Part shown: positions 19,701 through 29,432 of the stretch, piece after piece
Layout of the letters: the number at the start of each line of letters is the position of its first letter
Position numbering within the stretch: position 1 is the first letter of the stretch
NCBI GenBank assembly: GCA_963842945.1
Contig: CAWJIM010000019.1
Span: 480,001 to 544,000, forward strand
Direction: 5' to 3'
Length of the DNA stretch: 64,000 bases
Source: an uncultured Gemmatimonadales bacterium
GTDB lineage: Bacteria; Gemmatimonadota; Gemmatimonadetes; Gemmatimonadales; GWC2-71-9
Made by a program: the position numbers and the translations under genes
Notes under the pieces: model-generated
What the model was told of the DNA's origin: nothing
Databases searched by the model: none
The model's input: only the letters and a program-made list of their open reading frames with translations

Positions 19701-21038
19701 TTAGATCTGCCGGCGTACGCGGTTCAAGGTCCGCTCGTATTCCGAGCGGGAACCCGGGGTCAGTCTCAGCCGGCCAAAGCCGGTATCATCCTCGAAGTAC
19801 AGCGCCAGCCGATAGTTGAGGTAGGTCCAGCGGACGATTCGCCCGGCTTGGCCCGGCGTACTTTCGATACTCTCATCGGGCGCTCCCAGGTTGATGAAGA
19901 CTTCGCCGCGATCGGTGCGCCAGCCGGGAACGCCTTCATCGTTGAACCGCGTGTTCGCGGTGCTGATGCGGCCGAAATACTGATTTAGAGCCTCGTTCTC
20001 CGGCGTGGCTGGATTGGGATCAGTCTCGGCGTAGAACTGGCGCCACAGGCTGGAGCGCTGGGAGGCCGGTGCCTTGCGCATGGCATCGACCCGCGCGTCC
20101 TGACCAAAGAAGCGCAGCAGATCCAGCATTTCATCGAAGTTGGTAATCACCCACGCCTGCGAAAATGACACTAGGGCGGAGACCGTCCGCTGCTGCGGTC
20201 CATCACCGACCTCGAGCTTCAACTCTCCCAGCGAGATGCTGTCCGGCGCCAGCCGAATCACCTGGCTCTCGACTGGCCGTCCGCCTCGAAATCGAAGCGA
20301 ATCGGTATAGATGACCTCTTGCTGTTCATCCAGTACCTCGAACGGCACTGTGGTCGGACCGGGAAAGTCGTAACCCTCGATGTACGCCAGGAGCGTGTCG
20401 GAGCCATAGCCTACCGCGCCCCGTGAGTTGAGCACCACCGACAGCGGATCGGCTCGGGTGGCACGTCCGGTGGCCTGGTAGGTCAGGATGGGAGCGGAGG
20501 TGGTGCCCGCTGGAAAGCTGGGAGCGTCATACCGGCCCTGAGCTCGGCTCTCCGCGGTGGAGCTGGCGTCGCGCACCGTGACGGTGACGTTGTAGGCGCC
20601 CGGCGTCAGCCGGAGCACCTGCTGAAACAGTACGCTCTCGTCGGCTCGCAGGGTTTCTTGAAAGGTTGGGACCCGCACGATTTCATCCCGGGTCAGCTCG
20701 ACCGCGCGAATGCCAGGCCGCTGAAAGGAGATGCTGACTCGGTAGCGGGCCACGAACAGATTGCCATCACGCTGAAAAGCCAGGGCGCGATTTTCCAGGG
20801 AAAGGCCCAGGAGAGTGAGGACGGAATCACCGGGACCGGCGGCGAATGCCACGGTTCCGATGAACGGAAGGGGCTCGCCGGCGGCCAGACGACCGAGCCG
20901 CTGATAAAACGCCGGGGCGTTGACCACCTGGCTCAGCTGGTCTGCGGGCGCAGGGGCTTCCTTGCTGCCGACTCTTTTCCAGCTGCCGCAGCCGATCGCG
21001 GTTGCGCCGAGCAGCACTGTGGTTACCGACCAGCGCAT
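19701..21038 (-). CDS. GWxTD-domain protein, probable lipoprotein
   Basis: PGWRTDRGEVFINLGAPD; FYAETDPNPATPENEA; N-terminal AIGC lipobox-like segment. Confidence 0.85.
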   Translation of the reverse strand: MRWSVTTVLLGATAIGCGSWKRVGSKEAPAPADQLSQVVNAPAFYQRLGRLAAGEPLPFIGTVAFAAGPGDSVLTLLGLSLENRALAFQRDGNLFVARYRVSISFQRPGIRAVELTRDEIVRVPTFQETLRADESVLFQQVLRLTPGAYNVTVTVRDASSTAESRAQGRYDAPSFPAGTTSAPILTYQATGRATRADPLSVVLNSRGAVGYGSDTLLAYIEGYDFPGPTTVPFEVLDEQQEVIYTDSLRFRGGRPVESQVIRLAPDSISLGELKLEVGDGPQQRTVSALVSFSQAWVITNFDEMLDLLRFFGQDARVDAMRKAPASQRSSLWRQFYAETDPNPATPENEALNQYFGRISTANTRFNDEGVPGWRTDRGEVFINLGAPDESIESTPGQAGRIVRWTYLNYRLALYFEDDTGFGRLRLTPGSRSEYERTLNRVRRQI

Positions 21039-21088
21039 GAATTCTCCCAAGTGAGCCGCAGCAAGCCGCCGACCATGCAGGATTGCGA

Positions 21089-21170
21089 AGGTTAGTGACG
21101 CGGCAGGAGAGGCGTCAAGCACAAGGATTGAAGCATTCAACTTGCTGTGTCCTGCGGAATTAACTAGCTT
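21089..21170. promoter_or_regulatory. Divergent sigma70-like promoters with central palindrome
   Basis: Minus TTGACG-N18-TAACCT (21118-21089); plus TTGCTG-N17-TAGCTT (21142-21170); TTGAA-gca-TTCAA at 21128-21140. Confidence 0.5.
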
Positions 21171-21179
21171 GGCCACTCC

Positions 21180-22079
21180 ATGAACACCGACACGCTGACC
21201 GGCCGGACCATCGCGGGATACCACCTGACCAAGTATGTCGGTGAGGGTGGAACCGCCACGGTTTACCGCGCCGAGCACCCCGAGCGAGGCGTGGCAGCCG
21301 TAAAGATTTTGCGCTCGCGACTGGCCCAGGACCCAGTGGCAGTCAAGCGATTCCTTCGAGAAGCGGAATATGGTGCGCGGGTAAATCACCCGAACATCGT
21401 CCGGACCTACGACTTCGGACAGGCCGACGGCCTGCATTATCTCGCGCTGGAATGGGCAGACGGCGAGCCACTGGCCGAGTTCGTCAACCGGTCGGGGCCA
21501 CTCGCGCCGGCGCTGGTGGCGAAGATCGTAGAGCAGATTGGGGCCGCGCTGACGTCGGCTCACCGGGCCGGGATCATTCATCGCGATCTCAAGCCGGCCA
21601 ACATCATGTACGATCCGGCGCAGCAAACCGCCAAGCTGCTCGACTTCGGCATCGCTCGCGATGCCGAGCTCAGCCCCGAAGAGAGACTGACCCGGGCCGG
21701 ATTCTTTGTAGGAACCCTGCAGTATGTAGCGCCGGAAACCCTCAGTGGCGAGCTGGTCAAGGAACAGGCTGACGTTTACAGCCTGGCAACCATCGCCTAT
21801 TACCTCCTGACCGGATGCCTCCCGTTTACCGGGAAGAGTCCGCGGGAACTATTCCAGCAGCTGCTCACCCAGTCGCCCATTCCCCTGAACGAAGCTCGCC
21901 GGGGGCTCAAATTCCCCGCTGCAGTTGAGGCCACGGTGATGCAGGGGTTGCAGCGGGATCTCTCCAAGCGATCTCGTACGATCGAGGAGTTTGCGCAGGC
22001 CTTCTGCGCAGCGGTACGGGATGAAGCGCCCAAGCGGACGGGATTTCTCGCCGGACTATTCCGCAAGGGAAGCGAATGA
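21180..22079 (+). CDS. Ser/Thr protein kinase (kinase domain only)
   Basis: GEGGTATVY, AVK, HRDLKPAN, DFG, APE. Confidence 0.93.
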   Translation: MNTDTLTGRTIAGYHLTKYVGEGGTATVYRAEHPERGVAAVKILRSRLAQDPVAVKRFLREAEYGARVNHPNIVRTYDFGQADGLHYLALEWADGEPLAEFVNRSGPLAPALVAKIVEQIGAALTSAHRAGIIHRDLKPANIMYDPAQQTAKLLDFGIARDAELSPEERLTRAGFFVGTLQYVAPETLSGELVKEQADVYSLATIAYYLLTGCLPFTGKSPRELFQQLLTQSPIPLNEARRGLKFPAAVEATVMQGLQRDLSKRSRTIEEFAQAFCAAVRDEAPKRTGFLAGLFRKGSE

Positions 22080-22627
22080 CCGACGACGAGTCGCTCCGGC
22101 GTGTGTTGCTGGAGCGCTCGGTTGAGCGGGGAGACTTCGTTCTTGCGTCGGGCCGGCGCTCCTCCTACTACATCGATTGCCGCCGCTCAACGATGTCCGC
22201 AGAGGGCATGGTGCTGATTGGGCGCCTGGGTTGGGGTGCCATCCAACGGGCCGGCTGGCAACCCGCGGCCGTTGGAGGACTCACCATGGGGGCTGACCCT
22301 GTGGCGTATGCCATCGCCGCGGCCAGCTTCGGCAATCCGCATGCGGTCGACGCCTTCAGCGTGCGCAAGGAAGCGAAGGGTCACGGTACCGGCCGCCTCA
22401 TTGAAGGAAACTTCAAGGCCGGAGCCACGGTGGTCATTGTGGAAGACGTCATCACCACCGGCGACTCCGCTCAGCGCGCTATCCAGGCAGTCGAACAGTC
22501 CGGCGGCAGCGTGGTTGGCGTGCTGGCGGTGGTCGATCGGCAGGAGGGGGGCCGCCAGGCCCTGGAACAGCGCGGCCACCCAGTTGTCGCTCTTACTACT
22601 GTTCGTGAGCTCGGCCTGACCCCGTGA
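22076..22627 (+). CDS. pyrE: Orotate phosphoribosyltransferase
   Basis: GDFVLASGRRSSYYID, RKEAKGHG, VVIVEDVITTG. Confidence 0.93.
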   Translation: MTDDESLRRVLLERSVERGDFVLASGRRSSYYIDCRRSTMSAEGMVLIGRLGWGAIQRAGWQPAAVGGLTMGADPVAYAIAAASFGNPHAVDAFSVRKEAKGHGTGRLIEGNFKAGATVVIVEDVITTGDSAQRAIQAVEQSGGSVVGVLAVVDRQEGGRQALEQRGHPVVALTTVRELGLTP

Positions 22628-23040
22628 GTCGACGGCGGGTGGGGCAGGTGTTGGCCGGCTTAGTGGCCGTGGCCATGTTCACATGCGCGGCATTGGAGGC
22701 GCACCGTTCCGCCATTCCAGCGGTCAAGGTATACGATGGATACTGGATGATGCTCGGCGCAGCTATCGGGATGCTCGTGGTGGGGCCCCTGGTCTGGCGC
22801 TGGCCGCGGGAGCGCTCGCTGGTGGCAATCCTGATCACGGCGGTTGCGGGTAGTGCGGCGCCGCTCCTCATCTCAGCGTTCCGCCACCGCATGCCCCTTC
22901 AGGCCCGACTGCGAGGTGCCTGGTTCATCGGTGGGGCAGATGTGGTCGGCCCGGCACTGGTGATCGGCTGTATGTGTCTATGGTTTGCGCTCCGAGAGTA
23001 CGGTGCCAGGGAACCGCAGCCGTCTTCGAGCACCCAATGA
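22624..23040 (+). CDS. Four-TM membrane hypothetical protein
   Basis: Four hydrophobic segments; GTGA overlap with pyrE. Confidence 0.65.
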   Translation: MSRRRVGQVLAGLVAVAMFTCAALEAHRSAIPAVKVYDGYWMMLGAAIGMLVVGPLVWRWPRERSLVAILITAVAGSAAPLLISAFRHRMPLQARLRGAWFIGGADVVGPALVIGCMCLWFALREYGAREPQPSSSTQ

Positions 23041-23513
23041 CTGACAATCTGGGCATCTATCTCAACGATCACCTAGCAGGCTCCGTTATGGCGCTGGAGC
23101 TGCTGGATCACCTGATCGATTTGCCTGAGGCCCCCGAGCCGGGGCTGCTTACCCAACTGCGAAGCGAGATCCAGGAAGATCAGCAGGTTCTCCGGCAGCT
23201 ACTCAGGTCAGTAGGGGCGAAGGAGAGCCCGGTTCGAAAGGCGGCCGCGTGGCTGACGGAGAAGCTGGGCCGGGCCAAGCTTCGGATAGACGATAGCGGC
23301 ACCGGTGCGCTCCGACTTCTCGAGGCACTGGAGACCCTGGCCTTAGGGATCCAGGGGAAGCTGGCGCTCTGGCGCAGTCTGGCCACTCTGGGGGAGGCTG
23401 TTCCTCAGCTCAAGACCGTGGATCTCACCAGACTGCAGGCTAGGGCCCTCGACCAGTTCCAGCGGGTCGACCGGCTGCGCCTGCAGGTGACCCGACAAGC
23501 ACTGACGCCCTGA
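23037..23513 (+). CDS. Helical-bundle hypothetical protein
   Basis: MTDNLGIYLNDHLAGS...LEALETLALGIQGKLALW; ATGA overlap with the upstream gene. Confidence 0.75.
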   Translation: MTDNLGIYLNDHLAGSVMALELLDHLIDLPEAPEPGLLTQLRSEIQEDQQVLRQLLRSVGAKESPVRKAAAWLTEKLGRAKLRIDDSGTGALRLLEALETLALGIQGKLALWRSLATLGEAVPQLKTVDLTRLQARALDQFQRVDRLRLQVTRQALTP

Positions 23514-23618
23514 GCCGACGCCGGACAGAAGCAATACAGAGCCCTGCAAGTTGTTGCACGCATTGACGTAGCATGGCACCGGGACCGAACTTCCGCCGAC
23601 CCCTGTCCCTCTCACAAT

Positions 23619-24467
23619 TTGGAGCCAGCCATGCCTACGCCGCACGCGCCCATGGGCACGTCGCCGCGCCAGCTCATCAATCCGCGTGAGCGTTTCTTAT
23701 ACGCCATCATTCTGGTTGTGAGTCTGTTGGTCTATGGTGGGCTCGTGTTCGCCACCCTGTCCGATCCGAAGCTGGGAGCCACCGTGGTGGCCTACGGAAT
23801 GGTGTTCTCGCTGCTGGGAATCTTCGCCCACGGATTGGCTCTGGGGCAGATCCGGGGGAATTCGGTTCGCGTATCCGAGCGACAGTTTCCGTTGCTTCAT
23901 CGGGTCGCCGCCGCACATGCGCGCCGGCTGGGCCTGTCCCGGGTGCCGGACGTATATGTGATGCAGTCGGGCGGACTCCTCAATGCTTTCGCCACCCGGT
24001 TCTTGGGCCGCGATTTCGTGGTGGTGTACTCGGACGTACTCGAGCTGGCGTTGGCCCAAGGCGAAGCGGCAGTAGGTTTCATCATCGGCCACGAGCTGGC
24101 CCACGTCTGGCGCGGGCACCTGAAGCATCGCTGGCTGACCACCCCCGGGCGTCTCTTGCCCTATCTGGGTGCGGCGTACTCGCGGGCCTGCGAGTATACC
24201 TGCGACCGAGTGGGCGCATTCTGTCAGCCGGAAGGTGCCATTAGCGGATTGCTGGCGCTCGCGGCCGGAAAGCAGCTTCACCCCCATGTCGACGTTCGGG
24301 AGTATGCCGCTCAGGCCGAAGCCGACGAGGGTTTCTGGATCCGGCGGGCCGAGCTGATTTCCTCTCATCCCCGGCTTCCCAAGAGGGTTGCCGCTCTGCT
24401 GAAGGCCGGTGTGACCATCCCGACGCAGAGGCAGTGGGCCGCCATGCCCGGGAGCGCGGCGGCGTGA
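23619..24467 (+). CDS. M48 (HtpX/Ste24-like) membrane metallopeptidase
   Basis: Two TMs, NAFA, GHELAH, SRACEYTCDR, SHP. Confidence 0.88.
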   Translation: MEPAMPTPHAPMGTSPRQLINPRERFLYAIILVVSLLVYGGLVFATLSDPKLGATVVAYGMVFSLLGIFAHGLALGQIRGNSVRVSERQFPLLHRVAAAHARRLGLSRVPDVYVMQSGGLLNAFATRFLGRDFVVVYSDVLELALAQGEAAVGFIIGHELAHVWRGHLKHRWLTTPGRLLPYLGAAYSRACEYTCDRVGAFCQPEGAISGLLALAAGKQLHPHVDVREYAAQAEADEGFWIRRAELISSHPRLPKRVAALLKAGVTIPTQRQWAAMPGSAAA

Positions 24468-24491
24468 GGCAGGCCATTTGAAGGAGGAGCC

Positions 24492-25058
24492 ATGGCACGC
24501 CGAATCCGTTATCAGATGGACAAGGTTACCGCTGAGCCCGGCGAAGAACGAGCATCCACCTGGACCTTCGCCGGGCAAAAGCTCTCGGGTGTGGAGCTGA
24601 CCTACCTCGTCCGGGACAGCAACTTTCCCTCTCGCAATGAGTGGGAGTTCGTGGTCCGAATTCCGCGGGACCCCGGAGAGCGAATCGAGGTTCGGCCCCG
24701 AACCACACCAAATCTCCGGGCGTGGGCCGAGCTGCCGGATCGATCGCTCACCTTCTCCCGTGCCACCAAAGGAACGGCGCGCGGCAAATGGTACTGTCAG
24801 GTGGCGTTGGCAGACCCGACCGGCAACAAGAGCAGAGATATCGTCCGAGGCGACGAGCGGGGATTGCTCCCCGGCTGGTTCACTGCCATCAAGGGTAGAA
24901 TGCGGGTGAAGGCCAAGGTGAAGAACACTCGAGGAACCGACGCCCAGACTCTGGTGGTGCTGGTTTCTTCCGGTGATTACGTCGGAATGATCCGGCTGTT
25001 CTTTGCCACCAAGGTCTGGATTCTGAAGGAGCGCTTTGCCCTCCCAGCAGCGGTGTAG
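24492..25058 (+). CDS. Hypothetical protein (basic, beta-rich)
   Basis: Strong AGGAGG RBS before the ATG; 188-aa ORF with no recognised motif. Confidence 0.7.
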   Translation: MARRIRYQMDKVTAEPGEERASTWTFAGQKLSGVELTYLVRDSNFPSRNEWEFVVRIPRDPGERIEVRPRTTPNLRAWAELPDRSLTFSRATKGTARGKWYCQVALADPTGNKSRDIVRGDERGLLPGWFTAIKGRMRVKAKVKNTRGTDAQTLVVLVSSGDYVGMIRLFFATKVWILKERFALPAAV

Positions 25059-25500
25059 TGCCTGCGACGAGATAGCGGGACAGGTTTCGGCACCCGGTGG
25101 GGTGATTCACAGCGACGGGCTCTGGTTCGTCAGTCACCACACTGGTCCGTACGCCGACCCGGGTGAGCTGATCGTCAAAGCCCACCGGCACTGCGAGTCT
25201 CTGGCGGAGCTGACCGGAGAAGAGGCGCACGCGCTGGGACCAGTGCTCCACGCGGCCGTCCGGGCCCTGGAGCGGGTGGTGGCCGCGGAGCGCATCTACG
25301 CCGTATCTTTCAATGAGCGAGTTCGGCACGTTCATTTCCTCCTCCTCCCCCGCACCGCCGCTATGCCCCGGGGCCATGTCATTTCGGATCTGTACCGGAG
25401 AGCACGCAACCTGCTGCGCAGCGCCCGCGTGCTCCGGAACCCCACCGCCGCCGAGCGGGCAGATGTCGCCGGGCGTATTCGCGCTGAATGGCGGCCTTGA
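25036..25500 (+). CDS. HIT-family protein
   Basis: N-terminal CxxC, PGELIV..HRH, RHVHF. Confidence 0.8.
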   Translation: MPSQQRCSACDEIAGQVSAPGGVIHSDGLWFVSHHTGPYADPGELIVKAHRHCESLAELTGEEAHALGPVLHAAVRALERVVAAERIYAVSFNERVRHVHFLLLPRTAAMPRGHVISDLYRRARNLLRSARVLRNPTAAERADVAGRIRAEWRP

Positions 25501-26279
25501 ACGGTTCCATCACCCGCCTCGACAATGACGCCGACGCGCAGCGCTGCGCCCGCCTCATGGCCGGCTCGGAGCCCTGGCTGACTCTGGGCCGGACCTACGA
25601 CGCCTGTCTTGCCATCATCCAGGATCCCACCCGCGAAGTGTTCCTGCTCAACACCGAGGCCAGGCTTGCCGGTTTCGTGATCATCTGCATGACGGGAGCC
25701 TTCGTCGGATACATCCAGACGATCTGCATCGACCCTGCCCGGCGGGGGCAGGGGCTGGGCACCCTGCTGGTGGAGTTTGCGGAGCGCCGAATCCTTGCCG
25801 AATCGCCCAACGTTTTCCTCTGCGTTTCCTCCTTTAATCCCGACGCACGACGCCTCTACGAACGCCTCGGCTATCAGGTGATTGGCGAGCTCACTGACTA
25901 TCTGGTGCGAGGGCATTCTGAGTTTCTCCTCCGAAAGACATCGGGCCCCCTCACCGGATTTCGTCCCGAGGCTTTCGTCGAGCTCGGCAGTCGGAGCGGG
26001 GATGGCGCCCCCTCAGGAGTGAAGGTAGGATCGGGCATGCGGGAAGCCCGTCTCAAGCCCGAATTCGCCGACGTTTATCCCACCCTGACTCCAGGGCAGT
26101 GGGAGCCAGCCGCGCGGGTGGCGGAGGTGGTGCTGGCCCGACTCCTTCTGCTCGAGATATCCGAGGCACCGCTGCACGACCGGGTTCTGAATGAGGAGCA
26201 CTTCGAGTTTCGGGGAGAGACCCCTGATGGCGCCCCGAGACACGCCCGCTCGCGTCCGGCGGACGAGGAAGAGTCCTGA
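25488..26279 (+). CDS. GNAT acetyltransferase with extra C-terminal domain
   Basis: RRGQGLG, N.DARRLYERLGY; followed by a Gly-rich linker and MREARLKPEF...HFEFRG. Confidence 0.8.
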   Translation: MAALNGSITRLDNDADAQRCARLMAGSEPWLTLGRTYDACLAIIQDPTREVFLLNTEARLAGFVIICMTGAFVGYIQTICIDPARRGQGLGTLLVEFAERRILAESPNVFLCVSSFNPDARRLYERLGYQVIGELTDYLVRGHSEFLLRKTSGPLTGFRPEAFVELGSRSGDGAPSGVKVGSGMREARLKPEFADVYPTLTPGQWEPAARVAEVVLARLLLLEISEAPLHDRVLNEEHFEFRGETPDGAPRHARSRPADEEES

Positions 26280-26809
26280 TGGAAGATCCGCGTTACCCCA
26301 TTGGCCCCTTTACCTTCGACGGAAAGGTGTCGCCCCAGTTTCGGGAGCGTTGGATCGGCGACATTGCGGCTACACCGGGTGCCTTACGCGCGGCCGTCAC
26401 CGACCTTACACCGACGCAGCTGGACACGCCCTATCGGGATGGTGGCTGGACCGTGCGGCAGGTCGTGCACCACGTGCCTGACAGCCACCTCAATGCCTAT
26501 ACCCGGCTGAAACTGGCATTGACCGAGGATGAGCCGGTGATCAAGCCCTATGATGAGGCGCGCTGGGCCGAGCTGGCTGACGTACAAGCAACGCCGGTAG
26601 AAACGTCGCTGACCCTGCTCGAATGCCTGCACCGGCGCTGGGTTCTATTGCTGCGCTCACTGGGACCGAAGGAAATGAGCCGGCGCTTTCGGCATCCTGA
26701 GCACAACCGCAGCATCGGCCTGGACGAGATGCTTGCCATGTATGCCTGGCACGGCCGGCACCATGTAGCCCATATCACCGCGCTCCGCTCCCGAATGGGA
26801 TGGGAATAG
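26279..26809 (+). CDS. YfiT/DinB-family bacillithiol transferase-like protein
   Basis: DPRYPIG, LDTPYRDGGWTVRQVVHHVPDSH, YAWHGRHHVAHI. Confidence 0.9.
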   Translation: MEDPRYPIGPFTFDGKVSPQFRERWIGDIAATPGALRAAVTDLTPTQLDTPYRDGGWTVRQVVHHVPDSHLNAYTRLKLALTEDEPVIKPYDEARWAELADVQATPVETSLTLLECLHRRWVLLLRSLGPKEMSRRFRHPEHNRSIGLDEMLAMYAWHGRHHVAHITALRSRMGWE

Positions 26810-26828
26810 CCACCCGCATGAAGAGTCG

Positions 26829-27182
26829 TTGTCCGTGAACTCGGTCCTCCTTCGTACCGCCGGCCTGCTGCTGCTCTCCAACATCTTCATGACATTTGCC
26901 TGGTACGCTCACCTGCGAAACCTGGCGGACAAACCGTGGTACCTGGCTGCGATCATCAGCTGGAGTATTGCGCTATTCGAATATCTCCTGCAGGTGCCGG
27001 CAAACCGAATAGGCTACACGGCACTATCGCTGGCGCAGCTCAAGATCATACAGGAAGTCATTACCCTGCTCGTTTTCGCGCCGTTTGCGGTGATCTACAT
27101 GAAGCAACCCATCAAGCTGGACTATCTCTGGGCCGCTCTGTGCCTGGTCGGCGCAGTGTATTTCGTCTTCCGCTCCCCTTGA
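26829..27182 (+). CDS. DMT-family (DUF486) membrane protein
   Basis: SNIFMTFAWYAHL, EYLLQVPANRIG, QLKIIQEVITL. Confidence 0.88.
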   Translation: MSVNSVLLRTAGLLLLSNIFMTFAWYAHLRNLADKPWYLAAIISWSIALFEYLLQVPANRIGYTALSLAQLKIIQEVITLLVFAPFAVIYMKQPIKLDYLWAALCLVGAVYFVFRSP

Positions 27183-28402
27183 TGCGGATCCACCCAGGGT
27201 GTTCCTGGCCTCTCCTTGCCGGCATACTCGTAGCGCTGCCGGCCCACGCCCAGGGCGCGCACGAGCGAGCCCGGGACATCGGCATTCCGCTCGACGGTAC
27301 TCCCGGGCCCCTGAACGCGATTACCGATGTGCCCGGCGTGACAGTGGGACACACGACGTTGATCGACGGCAGCGGCGCGCTGCGCGTAGGCGTCGGGCCG
27401 GTTCGCACCGGCGTGACGGCCGTTTTCCCTCGAGGCAAGGGCGATCTGTCGCCGGTTTTTGCCGGCTGGTTCAGCCTGAACGGCAACGGAGAGATGACCG
27501 GCACGGCGTGGATAGAGGATTACGGGGTGATGCCCTACCCGGTAACCATCACCAATACCAACAGCGTGGGCACCGTACGGGACGCGGTGATCGAGTGGGG
27601 CCGGACCCGGCTCACGGACGTGTTCAACTGCTGCCTGCCGGTGGTGGCAGAGACGTGGGACGGCGACCTGAATGACATCTACGGCTTTCACGTCAAGAAA
27701 CAGCATGTGTTTGCCGCACTGGACTCGGCGAGGGCCGGGCCGGTGTCCGAGGGAAACATCGGCGGCGGCACCGGAATGCAGTGCCTGGGGTTCAAAGGCG
27801 GGATTGGAACGTCCAGCCGGCATCTCTCGGGCAAAAGCGGCGGGTTCACCGTGGGTGCGCTGGTTCAGTGCAACTTCGGGCTCCGGCGACAGCTGCGCAT
27901 AGCGGGAGTGCCGGTCGGTGAACAGATCTCAGGAAGCGAATCCTGCTACGACACTGATGCCCCGCTCAGCGCAGAACTTGCTCCTATGCGCTGTCCCGGA
28001 CGCCGAAACGTGTCGCGCGAGCACGGGTCGATCATTGTAGTGCTGGCGACGAATGCTCCGCTGCTTCCGCATCAATTGCGACGCCTGGCGCGTCGGGCCG
28101 CGTTGGGAATCGGGCGCATGGGCGGCATTTCTGGCGCAGGCTCGGGTGATCTGTTTCTGGCCTTTTCCACCGCGCGAATTAACCGCCCTAACAGTTCCGG
28201 GGTGGCCTCAGTGGGCATGCTCCAGGACGGCCGAATCGACCCGGTGTACGAGGCGGCGGTGCAGGCTACCGAGGAGGCGATCATCAACGCGCTCCTGGCC
28301 GCCGAAACCATGACCGGCGCCGATGACCTGCGAGTGCCGGCTTTGCCGCACGACCAACTCCGTCAAATACTCCGCAAGTTTGGACGCCTTCGAGCTGAGT
28401 AG
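27182..28402 (+). CDS. DmpA/P1 (S58) aminopeptidase
   Basis: GPLNAITDVPGV.VGH, NGNGEMTG, FKGGIGTSSR, GSIIVV autoprocessing site, SGDLFLAFST. Confidence 0.92.
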   Translation: MRIHPGCSWPLLAGILVALPAHAQGAHERARDIGIPLDGTPGPLNAITDVPGVTVGHTTLIDGSGALRVGVGPVRTGVTAVFPRGKGDLSPVFAGWFSLNGNGEMTGTAWIEDYGVMPYPVTITNTNSVGTVRDAVIEWGRTRLTDVFNCCLPVVAETWDGDLNDIYGFHVKKQHVFAALDSARAGPVSEGNIGGGTGMQCLGFKGGIGTSSRHLSGKSGGFTVGALVQCNFGLRRQLRIAGVPVGEQISGSESCYDTDAPLSAELAPMRCPGRRNVSREHGSIIVVLATNAPLLPHQLRRLARRAALGIGRMGGISGAGSGDLFLAFSTARINRPNSSGVASVGMLQDGRIDPVYEAAVQATEEAIINALLAAETMTGADDLRVPALPHDQLRQILRKFGRLRAE

Positions 28403-28415
28403 TTGCTGCAACCCT

Positions 28416-29279
28416 TCACGGCTTTGTCCCATCCCAACTTCCTGCGGCTATAGGGTGAAACCCCCGCCAGATCGGGATGTAGGGGCTTACCATCAATTCG
28501 AGGAACCGGGCGAGCGCGCTGGGAAAGGGAAACCGCCGGCGAAACTCAGACGCGGTCAGGCCCAACATGGCGCGAAGATGCCGGCCGAAGCTCTGGGGTG
28601 AGGAATACTCCAGCCGGTAGGACACATCGGCCACCGAGAGTCCGGCGGTCTCGAAGAGGTAGGACGCATGGAGCAGGCGAATGGCCGCCAGATAATTCTT
28701 GGGCGAGGGCAGACCGGCACGGGCGAAGCGGGACATGAGTGTGCTGGGCCGGACATAGAGCCGCTGCGCCAAATGGGTTACCGTGGGAGTTTCGGGCGCG
28801 AGCCGAACGAGTGCCTCGACGAAGAGGCGTGCATCGGCCGGCGCCTCGCGGAGGGCCTCCAGGATGGGGCCCTGGATCCGGGCGACCGCCCGGGTGGCCG
28901 GTTGGCCGACCACTTGACGGAGGCGGCTCCAGCCGGTGGGGGAGGTGACGTCGACCACCTGCCGAACCCCCGACGCCCCCAGGCGAAGCAGCATTTCGGT
29001 GGAGCTCGGGTCGTGCTGTGAGATGAGCGCGACGGTGGGAATGCCGGGAAATTCCCGGACGAGGTTGCCCAGTACTTCGACCTGCTCCGGGCCGCAGCGG
29101 TGGACCGAGACCAGGACCGCATCCACCGGACGCTCGCGAACGATGCGCACAGCCTCCGGAATGGTGTCCCGGTGAACGACGGCAAAGCAGCCGCTGCCCG
29201 CGGCATCCACCCGGGGCCGTTCCACCGGCAACAGGACCGTTGCTATGGTGGGAGAGCCCTCGCCCCAACTGAGTGCCAC
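28416..29279 (-). CDS. AraC-type HTH regulator with receiver-like N-terminus
   Basis: C-terminal SVADVSYRLEYSSPQSFGRHLR; N-terminal VDAVLVS...IPTVAL...LGA receiver-like pattern. Confidence 0.8.
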   Translation of the reverse strand: MALSWGEGSPTIATVLLPVERPRVDAAGSGCFAVVHRDTIPEAVRIVRERPVDAVLVSVHRCGPEQVEVLGNLVREFPGIPTVALISQHDPSSTEMLLRLGASGVRQVVDVTSPTGWSRLRQVVGQPATRAVARIQGPILEALREAPADARLFVEALVRLAPETPTVTHLAQRLYVRPSTLMSRFARAGLPSPKNYLAAIRLLHASYLFETAGLSVADVSYRLEYSSPQSFGRHLRAMLGLTASEFRRRFPFPSALARFLELMVSPYIPIWRGFHPIAAGSWDGTKP

Positions 29280-29432
29280 ACCATCCTCCCGTAAGGTCGT
29301 GCGGGAGGGTACGTCTGATACGTCAAAGAAGATTAAATCTGAAACGGCGCGAAGCTCGGCCTCGTCGGGTTGAAAGTGCGCGACAACTGGGAAAGCTGGG
29401 TGTACTTTTCAGTCCCCCTCACTGGTCCTGAC

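Noticed and set aside
23571..23590. TGGCAC as a sigma54 promoter for the M48 peptidase
   Set aside because: No GC at the -12 position (GG-N10-GA).
25036..25500. HIT motif lacking the third His (HVHFL)
   Set aside because: Such variants occur among HIT-like proteins; not enough to claim new chemistry.
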